Assembly (NCBI RefSeq): GCF_032444005.1
Contig: NC_091287.1
Location: 524,210,001-524,274,000 of the forward strand
Reading direction: 5' to 3'
DNA length: 64,000 nt
Source: Ranitomeya imitator
Lineage: Eukaryota
The number at the start of each line of letters is the position of its first letter. The stretch's first letter is position 1. Under the pieces are notes generated by a model, which saw only the letters and a list, made by a program, of their open reading frames with translations, was not told the DNA's origin and ran no database searches. This document shows, in pieces, positions 22,650 through 35,871 of this stretch. The position numbers were made by a program, and so were the translations under genes.

Positions 22650-25600
22650 ATTTGAGGAGCCATGGCCAGTTGAAGATGAGAGTGGGGAATGGCAATTAGC
22701 GTCTCAACTTACATTGCTGCTGCTGCTAATGTTTTTGCGTTGAGGACTCGATGTTCCAGGGGTTGGAAGTCTATAACTGCGATGCACACTGTGTGCCTCA
22801 CTGCTGTCTTGGGTAGAACCACTCTTAAGGTTGCCTACAAGCATGTTTTGATACACCACCATGCGTGCATTCCTTTCCAGGGGGGAAGCATCTGGCAAAA
22901 TTTACTCTTGTGCCGTGGATGTAATAGAGTGGCAACCTGTAGTCAGCACTATTTCTAACCCTAAGAATATGGGCATCATGTTGCCGATAGTGTAGCAAGA
23001 ATGTTGCTTATGTGTCGGGCGCTTCCATGAGGTCCAAGTCCATGGTGTGTTGGTAGCTGGGTTACACTCAAGCTTCCATCCTCCTTCTCCTCCTACCAAC
23101 CATGGGCAACAGAGAGGGGATAATTATCCTCTTCATCTCCTGATTACTACACACCCATCACCTGAACCTTCATTAACAATTTATCTGGTATCATGAGCCC
23201 CCCTTGATCTCTGTAATCCACCCTCCCGTGGCACCTGCCTGTGCAGCGATAGTCCGAAACTTAGAGTGATTGTTATCCTTTCCGCATCCTCCTCTGCTTC
23301 CCCCCTTTCCTCTGGGACTACCATCTTCTCCCACAGACAATTCAAAGTGTGCTTCAGCATATAGCTAACCAGAATAGTGATGCTGATGATGGCATTGTCA
23401 ATGCTAACCATCTTAGTTGCCATTTCAAAACTATGGAGAAGGGTTCAGAGGTCCTTCATCTGTGCCCACTCTACAAGCAGGATTTGCACCACATCCATAC
23501 TGCGTCGGCCCAGGCTATGCAAAAGGACATACTGCAAAAGATCTCACCGTTTCTTGACAGTCGCTGCAACATGTGCAAAGTGTAATTCCACCATTTCGGC
23601 ACATCGCCTGTCAAATGGTTAACCGTTAGGCAGAAAGACCTCTGTAGCAAGTCGATAACCTGTGGGGTGAGAACAGTGGATGCAAGCACTCAGCGACCGT
23701 GCTTTGTGCAGCAGCGCATCCAGGCCGGGATAATGGTAGAGAAATTGTTATGCCACCAGGTTGAAAATGTGAGCCAGGCCTTCCATGACTCCAGGTTCAG
23801 TAAAGACAGCCATTGCTCAAACTTGACCTGGATAGCTGTCTACAACTGTTGAGCTGAGTAACTATGATCGCCAAGGCACATTAATTTAAACACTGCCTGA
23901 TTGCGGTGAGCTCTGGCTGTACAGTGTGGAGGTGAGGGGATTGTCTCTGCACTGCTGGAATGCGTGTCTCATTAAGGGAGAGGTTGAGGTCGTAGGTGGA
24001 GGCCTGCCCACCTGCCCGCAAAGCCACTAGAGTCATCCAGTGCCCAGTGAGCGAGATGTAATGCCTTTGCCCTTGTTTGCTCGTCCAAGTGTCAGTGGTG
24101 AAATGCATCCTGGCATTCAATGATTTTTTCGGGGAACAGGTGGTGTTGTCTGTGACATGCTGGTCTAGCGTTGGCACATCTGTGAGGGGCAGAGCCAGGA
24201 CCGTAGTTGTGGCTGAGTATATCTGGTTAAACATGCCCTAGCCTCCCGACACATATAAACAATGTCCCTTTTCTTGCATACCTTCTGCTGCACCCTCTGC
24301 ACCATCATGGTCCCATCGGGGCTGCTGAAGCTCGGCTGCTGATGTTGAAGAGCACTAAGAGACAGAGTCCATTTCAAACTTTAAACGAGGAACTTTACTT
24401 TCCAAAGTTTCCAAACGCAGCACATCCACATTATTTACAGCATCAACACAGAGTACGACTTCGTTCCCATCCTTTCTTGTGTCTTCACTTATTCCTCCCA
24501 GGGGTTTCCCTGGGATGTACCGACCCATTCGGTACTGCAGCGTCCTCCTTGCTCAGCATGACTTCTCTTAGGATTCCCTTGTCTGTTTCACAACAGACAG
24601 AAGAGTTTCTGCCCACATAGAAAGCTGCCACATTTTGGAGCGACCTGCATCTTTATCCTGCTGCAGTTCCTAGGCTGTAACTCTCTGACCCGCTGGCACA
24701 GGACAGCAGGACCCTTTCAAATGTTGCGGTGCTGCTGCACTGTCCTGGGCTCTTAAGCCCTTTGGGGTGTCTGGGCTCCCTGGCTCCTCTGAGCTGTACC
24801 AGCTCCCAATCTTCACTAAACTAGAATCAGGAAATGTTCCTGTCTTACCCACAGCTAGCTCCTCCTATAGCTAACTATGTACACTATAATGCCCCTTCTA
24901 GTGTCCCATCTGAGGTACTGCACTTTCCCTATAATACAGTAGTATGCATTGTAAGCAGCACACAAAATGGCGTAGTAAATCTGGCAACATAGCAGCAAAA
25001 AGGTACACAACAATTATAATCATATATAGCATCCCTATTCTACAATGAGAACCAGGTCGGTTCTTAAAGGGGTAGGGGCGAGTACCGGTCTTTAGAGCCC
25101 CTTACACAGCTTTTTTTGACAAGTGATGGCAACTGGTACTGGGGATTGCAACGACCATCAGCTTTGGGAGAACGTGTCTAACAGGCGGAAAAGGCAGCAT
25201 TTCCGTGGCCAACAGATTGAAGATGGTGGAGATCAAGCTCTTAGCTTTGGCATGTGTAGGAAGAAACATTCTTTTACATGACAACAACTGCAGGATCGAG
25301 GGCTGGCTGCTGTGCTGAGAGAGGGTGAAGTAGGCAGAACATGACAAACTGCTGGACTTCAGCTAACGGGCTCTCACTCACCCCGACTGTAAGGGGTAAA
25401 GAAGAGGAGGTTCTGCGGCCAGAAACCTTTGAGAACACTTGCCATGGTGACAGAGAAGGAAGAATCAGCAGATGCAGTTGATGGGACGGCCAGTGGTTAA
25501 CAAGGCCAGTGGTTGGCAAGGCCCGTTAGTCTGCATTTTAGCGCAGTAAGGTTCCCAGACTAAGGCTTGTTGATCATGCATGTGCCAGTTCATGCATGTA

Positions 25601-25940
25601 GTAGTCAAATGATTGCAATTTTTGCCTCTACTTTGCAAAGTTGGCAGATAATTTTAGTTGAGTCATCCTTTGCAGTCTCAAAAAAGACACAGGCGAGGAA
25701 ACCCTTGTAGCCCCTGTGAACTGCAGACTTGAGACCGCTGCTGACCACAGCCAGAGTTATGGCTGTGGATGCAGTTCTTGTAGTGGTTACACCACTCCAT
25801 GTCTGTGTGGCAAGCCGAAACATAACCTCCTTGTCTTCCTCCTTCTCCACCTCCTCTATTGAGCTACTCAGCTGTGTGCCTCTGGCTTCACACCAAATGG
25901 AATCTACAACCTCATCATCATCCTCTCTGCTATCCCACTC
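22650..25940 (-). pseudogene. Decayed hAT transposase related to the intact copy at 45836
   Basis: MHFTTDTWTSKQGQRHYISLTGHW (vs VHLTTDAWTSRHGQGRYVSITAHW), GDVPKWWNYTLHMLQRL (vs IDVATRWNSTLHMLQRL), BED remnant FFETAKDDSTKIICQLC. Many stops. Ends approximate. Confidence 0.85.
24181..25106. mobile_element. Solo LTR inserted in the hAT pseudogene
   Basis: TGTGAGGGG...CCCCTTACA termini; flanks CATC/CAGC (imperfect 4-bp TSD); hAT sequence resumes after 25106. Confidence 0.65.
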
Positions 25941-26089
25941 CTAGTGCCTGTTACACAGCCAATAAAGGAGGTGAACCTGGCTGGGGGTACCTGTACCGAG
26001 CCGGGTCCGGAACTGTTGAGACTGTCTCCCATGTTGCCTGGGGGAAGAGATGAGAGACCGGAATAACCTCATGACCCGGGTAGGAGGGG

Positions 26090-26903
26090 TGTTCTGACCT
26101 GGTGGTTAGGACAATAATGGACCTGATGATCAAGAGCACCCGGAAAGATCTGATAGCTACAAAAACACGGGACAAGCTCTGGGAAGTGGAAACTCTGCTG
26201 ACCGCAATCCCTAATCCTATCACACACACTAGAAATAGCCGTGGATTGTTCCTAACGCTTCCTATGCAACTCGTCACAGCCTCAGAACTAGCTAGCCCTA
26301 AGAAAGGAAAAATAAAGCCTACCTTGCCTCAGAGAAATTCCCCAAAGGAAAAGGCAGCCCCCCACATATAATGACTGTGAGTTAAGATGAAATCACAAAC
26401 ATAGAGATGAAATAGATTTAGCAAAGAGAGGCCCGACTTACTGGACAGACAGAGGATAGAAAAGGTCACTTTGCGGTCAGCACAAAAACCTACAAAAAGC
26501 CACGCAGAGAGTGCAGGGACAAAAACCTTCCGCACCGACTCACGGTGCGGAGGCGCCCCTCTGCGTCCCAGAGCTTCCAGCAAGCAAGGCAATATTCACA
26601 ATAGCAAGCTGGACAGAAAAAATAGCAAACAGGAAAATAGCAAAGAGGAACTTAGCTTCTGCTGGAGTAAACAGGTAACAGAACGATCCAGGAGTGAACT
26701 AGACCAATAGTACAACATTGACAGCTGGCATGGGGCAAAGATCTAAGTGGAGTTAAATAGAGCAGCCCACTAACGACTTAGCCTCGTCACCTGTGGAAGG
26801 AAACTCAGAAACACCCACAGCCACCAGAGAAAGTCCATGGACAGGACCAGCCGAAGTACCATTCACGACCACAGGAGGGAGCCCGACAACAGAATTCACA
26901 ACA
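26090..26903 (-). repeat. 3' LTR
   Basis: About 13 substitutions relative to 30985-31798 by hand count. Confidence 0.95.
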
Positions 26904-28915
26904 GTATCCCCCCTTGAGGAGGGGTCACCAAACCCTCACTAGAGCCCCCAGGCCGACCAGGATGAGCCAAATGAACGGCACGAACTAGATCGGCAGCATG
27001 AACATCAGAGGCAAAAACCCAGGAATTATCTTCCTGACCATAACCCTTCCACTTGACCAGGTACTGGATACGCAATAACGACCTATGGAACACATTATGG
27101 ATGGCAAAAGAAGCTGGAAGGGCCAAACGAAATGAGATAGGATTGATAACCTCAGAAATCTTATACGGACCAATGAAACGAGGCTTAAACTTAGGAGAGG
27201 AAACCTTCATAGGAACATAACGAGACGACAACCAAACCAAATCCCCAACACGAAGTCGGGGACCCACACAGCGCCGGCGGTTAGCGAAACGTTGAGCCTT
27301 CTCCTGGGACAATGTCAAATTGTCCACCACATGAGTCCAAATCTGCTGCAACCTATCCACCACAGTATCTACACCAGGACAGTCCGAAGACTCAACCTGC
27401 CCTGAAGAGAAACGAGGATGGAAACCAAAATTGCAGAAAAACGGTGAAACCAAAGTAGCCGAGCTGGCCCGATTATTAAGGGCGAACTCAGCCAATGGCA
27501 AAAAGGACACCCAATCATCCTGATCAGCAGAAACAAAGCATCTCAGATATGTTTCCAAAGTCTGATTAGTGCGTTCGGTTTGGCCATTTGTCTGAGGATG
27601 GAAAGCCGAGGAAAAAGACAAATCAATGCCCATCCTAGCACAAAAGGATCGCCAAAACCTCGAAACAAACTGGGAACCTCTGTCCGAAACGATGTTCTCC
27701 GGGATACCATGTAAACGAACCACATGCTGGAAAAACAATGGCACCAAATCAGAGGAGGAAGGCAATTTAGACAAGGGTACCAAATGGACCATCTTAGAAA
27801 AGCGATCACAAACCACCCAAATGACCGACATCTTTTGAGAGACGGGGAGATCCGAAATAAAATCCATAGAAATATGCGTCCAGGGCCTCTTCGGGACCGG
27901 CAAGGGCAAAAGCAACCCACTGGCACGAGAACAGCAGGGCTTAGCCCGAGCACAAGTCCCACAGGACTGCACAAAAGAACGCACATCCCGTGACAAAGAC
28001 GGCCACCAAAAGGATCTAGCCACCAAATCTCTGGTACCAAAGATTCCAGGATGCCCAGCCAACACTGAACAATGAATCTCAGAGATAACTCTACTAGTCC
28101 ATCTATCAGGGACAAACAGTCTCTCCGCTGGGCAACGGTCAGGTCTATCAGCCTGAAATTTTTGCAGCACCCGCCGCAAATCAGGGGAGATGGCAGACAA
28201 AATTACCCCCTCTTTGAGAATACCCGCCGGCTCAGGAAAACCCGGAGAGTCAGGCACAAAACTCCTTGACAGGGCATCAGCCTTCACATTCTTAGAGCCC
28301 GGAAGGTACGAAACCACAAAATCAAAACGGGAGAAAAATAACGACCATCGAGCCTGTCTCGGATTCAACCGTTTGGCAGACTCAAGATAAGTCAAATTCT
28401 TGTGATCTGTCAAGACCACCACGCGATGCTTGGCTCCTTCAAGCCAATGACGCCACTCCTCGAATGCCCACTTCATGGCCAACAACTCTCGATTACCAAC
28501 ATCATAATTGCGCTCAGCAGGCGAAAACTTTCTAGAAAAGAAAGCACATGGCTTCATCACCGAGCCATCAGAACTTCTTTGCGACAAAACAGCCCCTGCT
28601 CCAATCTCAGAAGCATCAACCTCAACCTGAAACGGGAGCGAAACATCTGGCTGGCACAACACAGGGGCAGAAGAAAAACGACACTTCAACTCCTGAAAAG
28701 CCTCTACAGCTGCAGAAGACCAATTGACCACATCAGCACCCTTCTTGGTCAAATCAGTCAACTGTTTAGCAACACTAGAAAAATTAGCGATGAAGCGCCG
28801 ATAAAAATTAGCAAAGCCCAGGAACTTTTGCAGGCTCTTCACAGATGTCGGCTGAGTCCAATCGTAAATGGCCTGGACTTTAACAGGGTCCATCTCGATA
28901 GTAGAAGGGGAAAAA
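26896..28915 (-). CDS. pol: Gypsy pol, downstream part (RT thumb, RNase H, integrase, truncated chromodomain)
   Basis: EVDASEIGAGAVL, TDHKNL, H-x6-GHPG...C-x2-C, ISMDFI, SDRGSQF, QTNGQTERTN, QYLVKWKGY...SW. Confidence 0.93.
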
Positions 28916-30962
28916 TGAACCCCAAAAATGAAACCTTCTGAACTCCAAAGAGACACTTTGACCCCTTCACAAACAAGGAATTCGCACGAAGGACCTGGAA
29001 CACCATTCTGACCTGCTTCACATGAGACTCCCAATCATCCGAAAAGACCAAAATATCATCCAAATACACAATCAGGAATTTATCCAGGTACTCTCGGAAG
29101 ATGTCATGCATAAAGGACTGAAATACTGATGGAGCATTGGAAAACCCGAATGGCATAACCAGGTACTCAAAATGGCCCTCGGGCGTATTAAATGCTGTTT
29201 TCCATTCATCGCCTTGTTTAATACGCACAAGATTATACGCCCCTCGAAGATCTATCTTGGTGAACCAACTAGCCCCTTTAATACGAGCAAACAAATCAGA
29301 CAGCAACGGCAAAGGATACTGAAATTTGACTGTAATTTTATTAAGAAGGCGGTGATCAATACAAGGTCTCAAAGAACCATCCTTCTTGGCCACAAAAAAG
29401 AAACCTGCTCCTAACGGTGATGACGACGGGCGAATATGGCCTTTCTCCAAGGATTCCTTTATATAACTCCGCATAGCGGCGTGTTCTGGCACAGATAAAT
29501 TGAACAATCGGCCCTTAGGAAACTTACTACCAGGAATCAAATTAATTGCACAATCGCAATCCCTATGAGGAGGTAGGGCACTGGCTTTGGGCTCATCAAA
29601 TACATCCCGATAATCCGACAAAAACTCTGGAACTTCAGAAGGAGTGAAAGACGAAATTGACAAAAATGGAACATCACCATGTACCCCCTGGCAACCCCAG
29701 CTGGACACAGACATAGATTTCCAGTCCAATACTGGATTATGAACCTGTAGCCATGGCAACCCCAAAACGACCACATCATGCAGATTATGCAACACCAAAA
29801 AGCGGATATCCTCCTGATGTGCAGGAGCCATGCACATGGTCAATAGGGTCCAGTACTGAGGCTTATTCTTGGCCAAAGGCGTAGCATCAATTCCTCTCAA
29901 TGGAATAGGATACTGCAAGGGCTCCAAGAAAAAACCACAGCGCCTAGCATACTCCAAGTCCATCAAATTCAGTGCAGCGCCTGAATCCACAAATGCCATA
30001 ACAGAATAGGATGACAAAGAGCAAATCAGAGTAACGGACAATAGAAATTTAGACTGTACCGTACCAATGGTGGCAGACCTAGCGAATTGCTTATTGCGCT
30101 TAGGACAATCAGAGATAGCATGAGTGGAATCACCACAGTAAAAACATAGCCCATTCGAACGTCTGTGTTCTTGCCGTTCAGCTCTGGTCAAAGTTCTATC
30201 ACATTGCATAGGCTCAGGCCCATGCTCAGATAGTACCGCCAAATGGTGCACAGCTTTACGCTCACGCAAGCGTCGATCGATCTGAATGGCCAAAGACATA
30301 GACTCATTCAGACCAGCAGGCATGGGAAATCCCACCATGACATCCTTAAGGGCTTCAGAGAGACCCTTTCTGAAGATTGCTGCCAGGGCACATTCATTCC
30401 ACTGAGTGAGCACAGACCACTTTCTAAACTTCTGACAATATATCTCCGCTTCATCCTGACCCTGACACAGAGCCAGCAAGATTTTCTCTGCCTGATCCAC
30501 TGAATTAGGTTCGTCATAAAGCAATCCAAGCGCCAGGAAAAACGCATCAACATCACGCAATGCCGGATCTCCAGGCGCAAGGGAAAATGCCCAGTCTTGA
30601 GGGTCACCATGCAACAAAGAAATAATGATCTTTACTTGTTGAACAGGGTCACCTGAGGAGCGAGGTTTCAAGGCAAGAAACAATTTACAATTATTTTTGA
30701 AATTCAAGAACTTAGATCTATCACCAAAAAACAAATCAGGAATAGGAATCCTAGGCTCTGACATCGGATTCTGAACCACAAAATCTTGAATGTTTTGTAC
30801 CCTTGTAGTGAGATTATCCATCCAAGAGGACAGACCTTGAATGTCCATGTTTACACCTGTGTCCTGAACCACCCAGAGGTAAAGGGGAAAAGAGAGACAA
30901 AACACACTGCAAAGAAAAAAAAATGGTCTCAGAACTTCTCTTATCCCTCTATTGAGATGCAT
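28911..30962 (-). CDS. gag-pol: Gypsy gag-protease-RT, upstream part; joined to the downstream part by a 1-nt frameshift at the A5 run 28911-28915
   Basis: Retrotransposon gag, CFYCGDSTHAISDC zinc knuckle, FVDSGA protease, YLDDILVF RT. First ATG of the gag-like region is near 30847 (MDIQ). Confidence 0.9.
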
Positions 30963-30973
30963 TAATACTTTTG

Positions 30974-30982
30974 GCCAGCTGT
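30974..30982 (-). promoter_or_regulatory. Self-priming site (PBS equivalent)
   Basis: Minus-strand ACAGCTGGC, 2 nt after the 5' LTR, is complementary to GCCAGCTGT at 31624-31616, which lies 30 nt downstream of TATTTAA. Confidence 0.7.
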
Positions 30983-30984
30983 AC

Positions 30985-31798
30985 TGTTATGACCTGGTGG
31001 TTAGGACAATAATGGACCTGATGATCAAGAGCACCCGGAAAGATCTGATAGCTACAAAAACACGGGACAAGCTCTGAGACGTGGGAACTCTGCTGACCGC
31101 AATCCCTAATCCTATCACACACACTAGAAATAGCCGTGGATTGCTCCTAACGCTCCCTATGCAACTCGTCATAGCCTCAGAACTAGCTAGCCCTAAGAAA
31201 GGAAAAATAAAGCCTACCTTGCCTCAGAGAAATTCCCCAAAGGAAAAGGCAGCCCCCCACATATAATGACTGTGAGTTAAGATGAAATCACAAACATAGA
31301 GATGAAATAGATTTAGCAAAGAGAGGCCCGACTTACTGGACAGACAGAGGATAGAAAAGGTCACTTTGCGGTCAGCACAAAAACCTACAAAAAGCCACGC
31401 AGAGAGTGCAGGGAAAAAAACCTTCCACACCGACTCACGGTGCGGAGGCGCCCCTCTGTGTCCCAGAGCTTCCAGCAAGCAAGGCAATATTCACAATAGC
31501 AAGCTGGACAGAAAAAATAGCAAACAGGAAAATAGCAAAGAGGAACTTAGCTTCTGCTGGAGTAAACAGGTAACAGAACGATCCAGGAGCGAACTAGACC
31601 AATAGTACAACATTGACAGCTGGCATGGGGCAAAGATCTAAGTGGAGTTAAATAGAGCAGCCCACTAACGACTTAGCCTCGTCACCTGTGGAAGGAAACT
31701 CAGAAACACCCACAGCCACCAGAGGAAGTCCATGGACAGAACCAGCCGAAGTACCATTCACGACCACAGGAGGGAGCCCGACAACAGAATTCACAACA
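30985..31798 (-). repeat. 5' LTR
   Basis: TG...CA termini; TATA-like TATTTAA at 31654-31648 on the minus strand. Confidence 0.95.
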
Positions 31799-32879
31799 GA
31801 GGCGCCAGATAAAAGCAAATGCACGCATGGCTGCTGTGAGCTTGGCGCGATCTAGCAGCGTGTCGCAGGGTAGAAGTGTGCTCCGTCCTCTGAGCAATGG
31901 CGCTGCAACCAGTCTTGCCTGCTGGCTCCTGCCGTCTTTAGCAGGGTCATTGGCGAGAGAGGCTCCGTGACCGAGACTACCGCGCATGTGTGGAAGGGAG
32001 AAAGCCGTGTGCCAGTCAAGCACCCGCGGGCCTGCCTCGCCAGTTGCTGTACTTCAGCCCACGATTGTGCCTGGAAGGACTGCAGCCCTCTTTACTTTGG
32101 TCGCACAAGTTTATGGACTGGGGGCTCAGCGGAAGGGGCTGAAGACAGACCACTGCCGCCAGAAGACGGACCGTCGTTTAAATGACCCCATCTGTGGACA
32201 AGTCCACGGCCGTTGCCGGCGCTACAACCCCTGCGGCCTCAGCTGAGGAGGATTCTCAAGAGCACGATAAGTTTTGACAATTGGACTGCACCCGCCGGGT
32301 GTCGTCTTGTACGCCGGGTCCAGACCAATGTGTATATGGTGGGTGGGGGGGAGTGGTTCCGATGACGAAGAGGGGGCATCTCACAGGAAAGTGTGAGTGG
32401 AGTATCACCCTATTACCTCATTGTAGCTGCAGCGTGGGGTCTCTGTGCTAGGGAGCGGCGGCGGCTGCTCTTCTTTGTGCTGCCATAACAGTTTGGATCA
32501 GATTTATCCGAGTTCTACGCTGAGCACTTACTCTGGAGTTTCCGCCTAAATCTTCTAGTAGTGACATGACAGATGAAATCCACGATGGATCCATTCACTA
32601 TAATGAGGCAGCAGAGTTACTCTGGACTCCATCTGGCCTCTGTTCAGCGGTGTCCTTTTCAGAAGTGCAAAAAACTGTGGTTGACCGCACTTTTATGCAC
32701 TCCTAAAAAGACGCCACCATATCACAGGCCAGATGGCATCAATAGTGACTCCATCTGCCTCAGTATAGGGAATCTGGGGTTCCATCTTAATCATGTATTT
32801 CATAGATTTACACGGAAACTCCAGTGTAAGCGCTCAGCGCAGAGCACAGGATAAATGTGAGTCGAGCAGGCGAAGAATT

Positions 32880-33998
32880 GGTTTTATTTATTTTTTACGC
32901 CGTTCCATGTGCCCTATAATTGATTAGACAATAGCTTTTTGTGTTTGGCTGCTGTCACACACTAAAAGGCACTTTTTACTGTGTATCACCATATTTTGAG
33001 AGGTTGAATTTTCCTAAATTTTTGCTGACACATCATGTTAGGACTTGTTTTTTTGCAGGACAAATTGATGTTTTTATTGGTACCATTCTTGGGCACATAA
33101 CTTTTTTTGATCATGTGTGGTAAAATTGATAAAGCAGCTTTATTCTTCAGGTCAGTACGATTATAGTGATTCCACATTTATATCAGTTTTTTATATTTTG
33201 GCGCTTTTACAAAATAAAAGCTATTTTGTATAAAAAGTCATTATTTTTGCATCTCTTTATTCTGAAAGCTATAACTGTATTTTTCCACTGACAGCTGTAT
33301 GGCAGCTTGTTTTTTTTTGTAGGACAAGATGGCGTTTTCAGCTATACCATTTGTATTTATTTATTTTTTTTTATTCTGTTTTATTCTACTTTTTGTTCAC
33401 GCCGTATGATGAAAAAGCATGCTCTTTTTCCAGGTTTTTAATTATTTTTTTTCTTACATTGTTCACTAAAGGGATTAACTAGTGTGACAGATTTATGGGG
33501 CGGTTCATTCCAGAGGCTGCTATACCAAATATGTGTACTCTTTTTGTTCATTTATTCTTTACATAAAACACAAATTTATGGGTATAATATATTTTTATTT
33601 TTTATATATTTTCTGATTTTTTTTTTTTAAATATTTGTACAATTTTTTTTCTTACTTAGTGCCTCTGTGGGACTTTGACTTTTACCAGAATGCGCGAGCA
33701 TTGAAATGCTTTAAAACTGTCAGTTGTGTACTGACATACAAGCTTATAAGACCATGCTCTGAGCATGGTCTAGCAAGCTTGCTAGCCTGGTGAACAGGGG
33801 GTCGTCATGATGGGGGCGCCTCTTCCTGCCTTCTTAATGCAGCGATCAATATCGATTGCAGCTTTTAGGGGGCTAAACTGTTGGAAGCGGTGCAGGCATC
33901 ATTCCTGGCAGTGAGATCCAGGTGTCAGCTCACACAGCTTCTGCTCTGTGCATGCAAAATCGCCATGTCGTACAAGTAGGTCCAAGGTCGGGAAGGGG
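32880..33998. mobile_element. Truncated piggyBac-like non-autonomous element (right part)
   Basis: Ends AAGGGG-TTAA at 33993-34002; AT-rich internal sequence similar in style to 7689-8974. Start approximate. Confidence 0.55.
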
Positions 33999-34052
33999 TT
34001 AAAGGAAATAGAGTTGACACCTTCAAGGCAATTTTTTTTCCCTTACTGCGTG

Positions 34053-35164
34053 TGAGTCGCCCGCCTGGGCAGTGAGTACTCGGTACCGGGTCCGGTGCTT
34101 AAAGGGGATGTCACGGTGGCTGCGACCCGGTCTGTGGCCCTGGGCGCCCAATTAAAGGGGAAAGGTCTTTAAGGGGATTTGTGAATAAAGTCTATTGTTC
34201 GTGACACCACCTGTGGTGTTCAGTCAGTGGGGACCGATGCTGCTTAAAGGGGTCCTCTGGGGTGATGTTGTTGCAGCAAGATGGAGACGCTTCCCACAGG
34301 TGAAGCGGGGTCCCCATGGCTTCCCAAGTGTAGAGCACCGATGGTGTGGTGGATGGTATAGCAAAGAACGAGGACACAGGTTTACCGTCTTTACCTGGTT
34401 TACTGATGGTAGTAGTAGTCCTCAGTCGAGGGTACCAAGTGCAATGATAGCTGTGGTCTGGCCGGCTTGGAAGCAATAGAGGATCCCTCTGCCAGGTGAG
34501 GTCCGTAAGCCTTTCCTACTTGCACTATTTAGTTGATTAGGTCCCTGCCGCTTGAAGCTTATTGCAAGTCCCCTCTCTCCTATCCTAAGACATATGTCTG
34601 TACGACAGACAGTTCGAGCCTGTTTATAGGATCTCTTTCATGACCCGGGCTCTAAGGTCACTGCTTCACCTCAGACTTGATGCAGGCAATTGACATACAG
34701 TCCTACACCCTCCGGTTCTGTCGTGCGTCCTGGAGAACAACATGACCTCGGGCTCCCGGTACCCTGACTCTGCGCTCTGACTCCAAGAGTGTCCTTGCGC
34801 TGTTCCCCTCCTGAGCCCCTTCCTCCTCTGTGCTTCTTCCCTCTAAGCTCCTCCACTATTCAACTCTCCTTCAGATTCTCGCTCTTTCCAGGGGTAGCAG
34901 CTCCCTCGTGGCTGCTCGGCCCCTACATCTGCTCCAGACATCTTTCTCCTCTCCTCACTCTTCTACAACTCTCCAAGACTGACTGGCTCCTCCTCCAGAC
35001 CAGGATACATAAAGTCTAAGAAAGCTCCCCTCTATCTGGGTCCTGAGCTCCCCCTCCTGGCCTAGATTCAGATGAGTTGAATGTGAGTGCCTTACAGAGA
35101 ATCTCCCTTGCCTCCAAGCATGACATCACCCTCCCCGACAACACCGGTTACCTGGGGTGTTGCA
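34053..35164. mobile_element. Solo LTR-like element
   Basis: TG...CGCCC / GGGTGTTGCA termini, flanks CGTG/CGTA, AATAAA at 34184, no coding domain. Confidence 0.55.
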
Positions 35165-35871
35165 CGTATATATTTGGCTAGAGATCATTTTGGAATTTGG
35201 TTTCATTAAAAAAAATTGCACCATTGACATTTTTTTTGCATCTCTGTTGCTCTGCCTATTGCTGGCAGTTAACTGAAAATCTATCAGTGAGTTCTTTTTG
35301 ATGGGAGAGTTTAACTTTTTGCAAGAGGAGCTCAGATACAAATGACATATTAGCAATTAGCTAATTATTCACTTTTTTTTTTTAAAGGGAATTTTCCTAC
35401 CACATCTGTGCCGCTGCTCCCAGTGTCTGTAATTGTCTGTAAAGCTGAAGTTACGTTAACAGCGCAGCGCAGTTGCAGCCAATAACTGAGCTAATCTGCT
35501 GTGCCTGAGCAAACATTACAAGCAGCTGAGTTTACTGACTGGCTGCAGCGCTGTCAGTGTGAGGCCGGAGTCGCACTCAACTTTTTAAAAAATCGGTCCG
35601 ATACTCTCGGCCGATAATCGCACCAATGTTCTCTGTATGGTCATCCGTATGTAATCCGTATGCAATGGTGGTGCCAGCTTGGGGTTGGGGGGTCGGATGA
35701 CTACCTTCTCACATAGGTGGATTATCTGATGGATAAAGGAGCTTTTACAATTCCTACAATTCTCACCTAAAATAATATATTTACTATCCCCTCCCTCCTG
35801 ACAGCCTGCAATCTCAGTTGGGTTTTATTCTGCAATTTTCTATTATTATTATTATTATTATTTTTGAGGGG

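Larger units (their letters stand above)
26090..31798 (-). mobile_element. Two-LTR Gypsy chromovirus (Tf1/sushi-like)
   Basis: 814-bp LTRs with TG...CA, gag-PR-RT-RH-IN-partial chromodomain, G-rich PPT adjacent to the 3' LTR (about 26904-26915). Confidence 0.97.
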
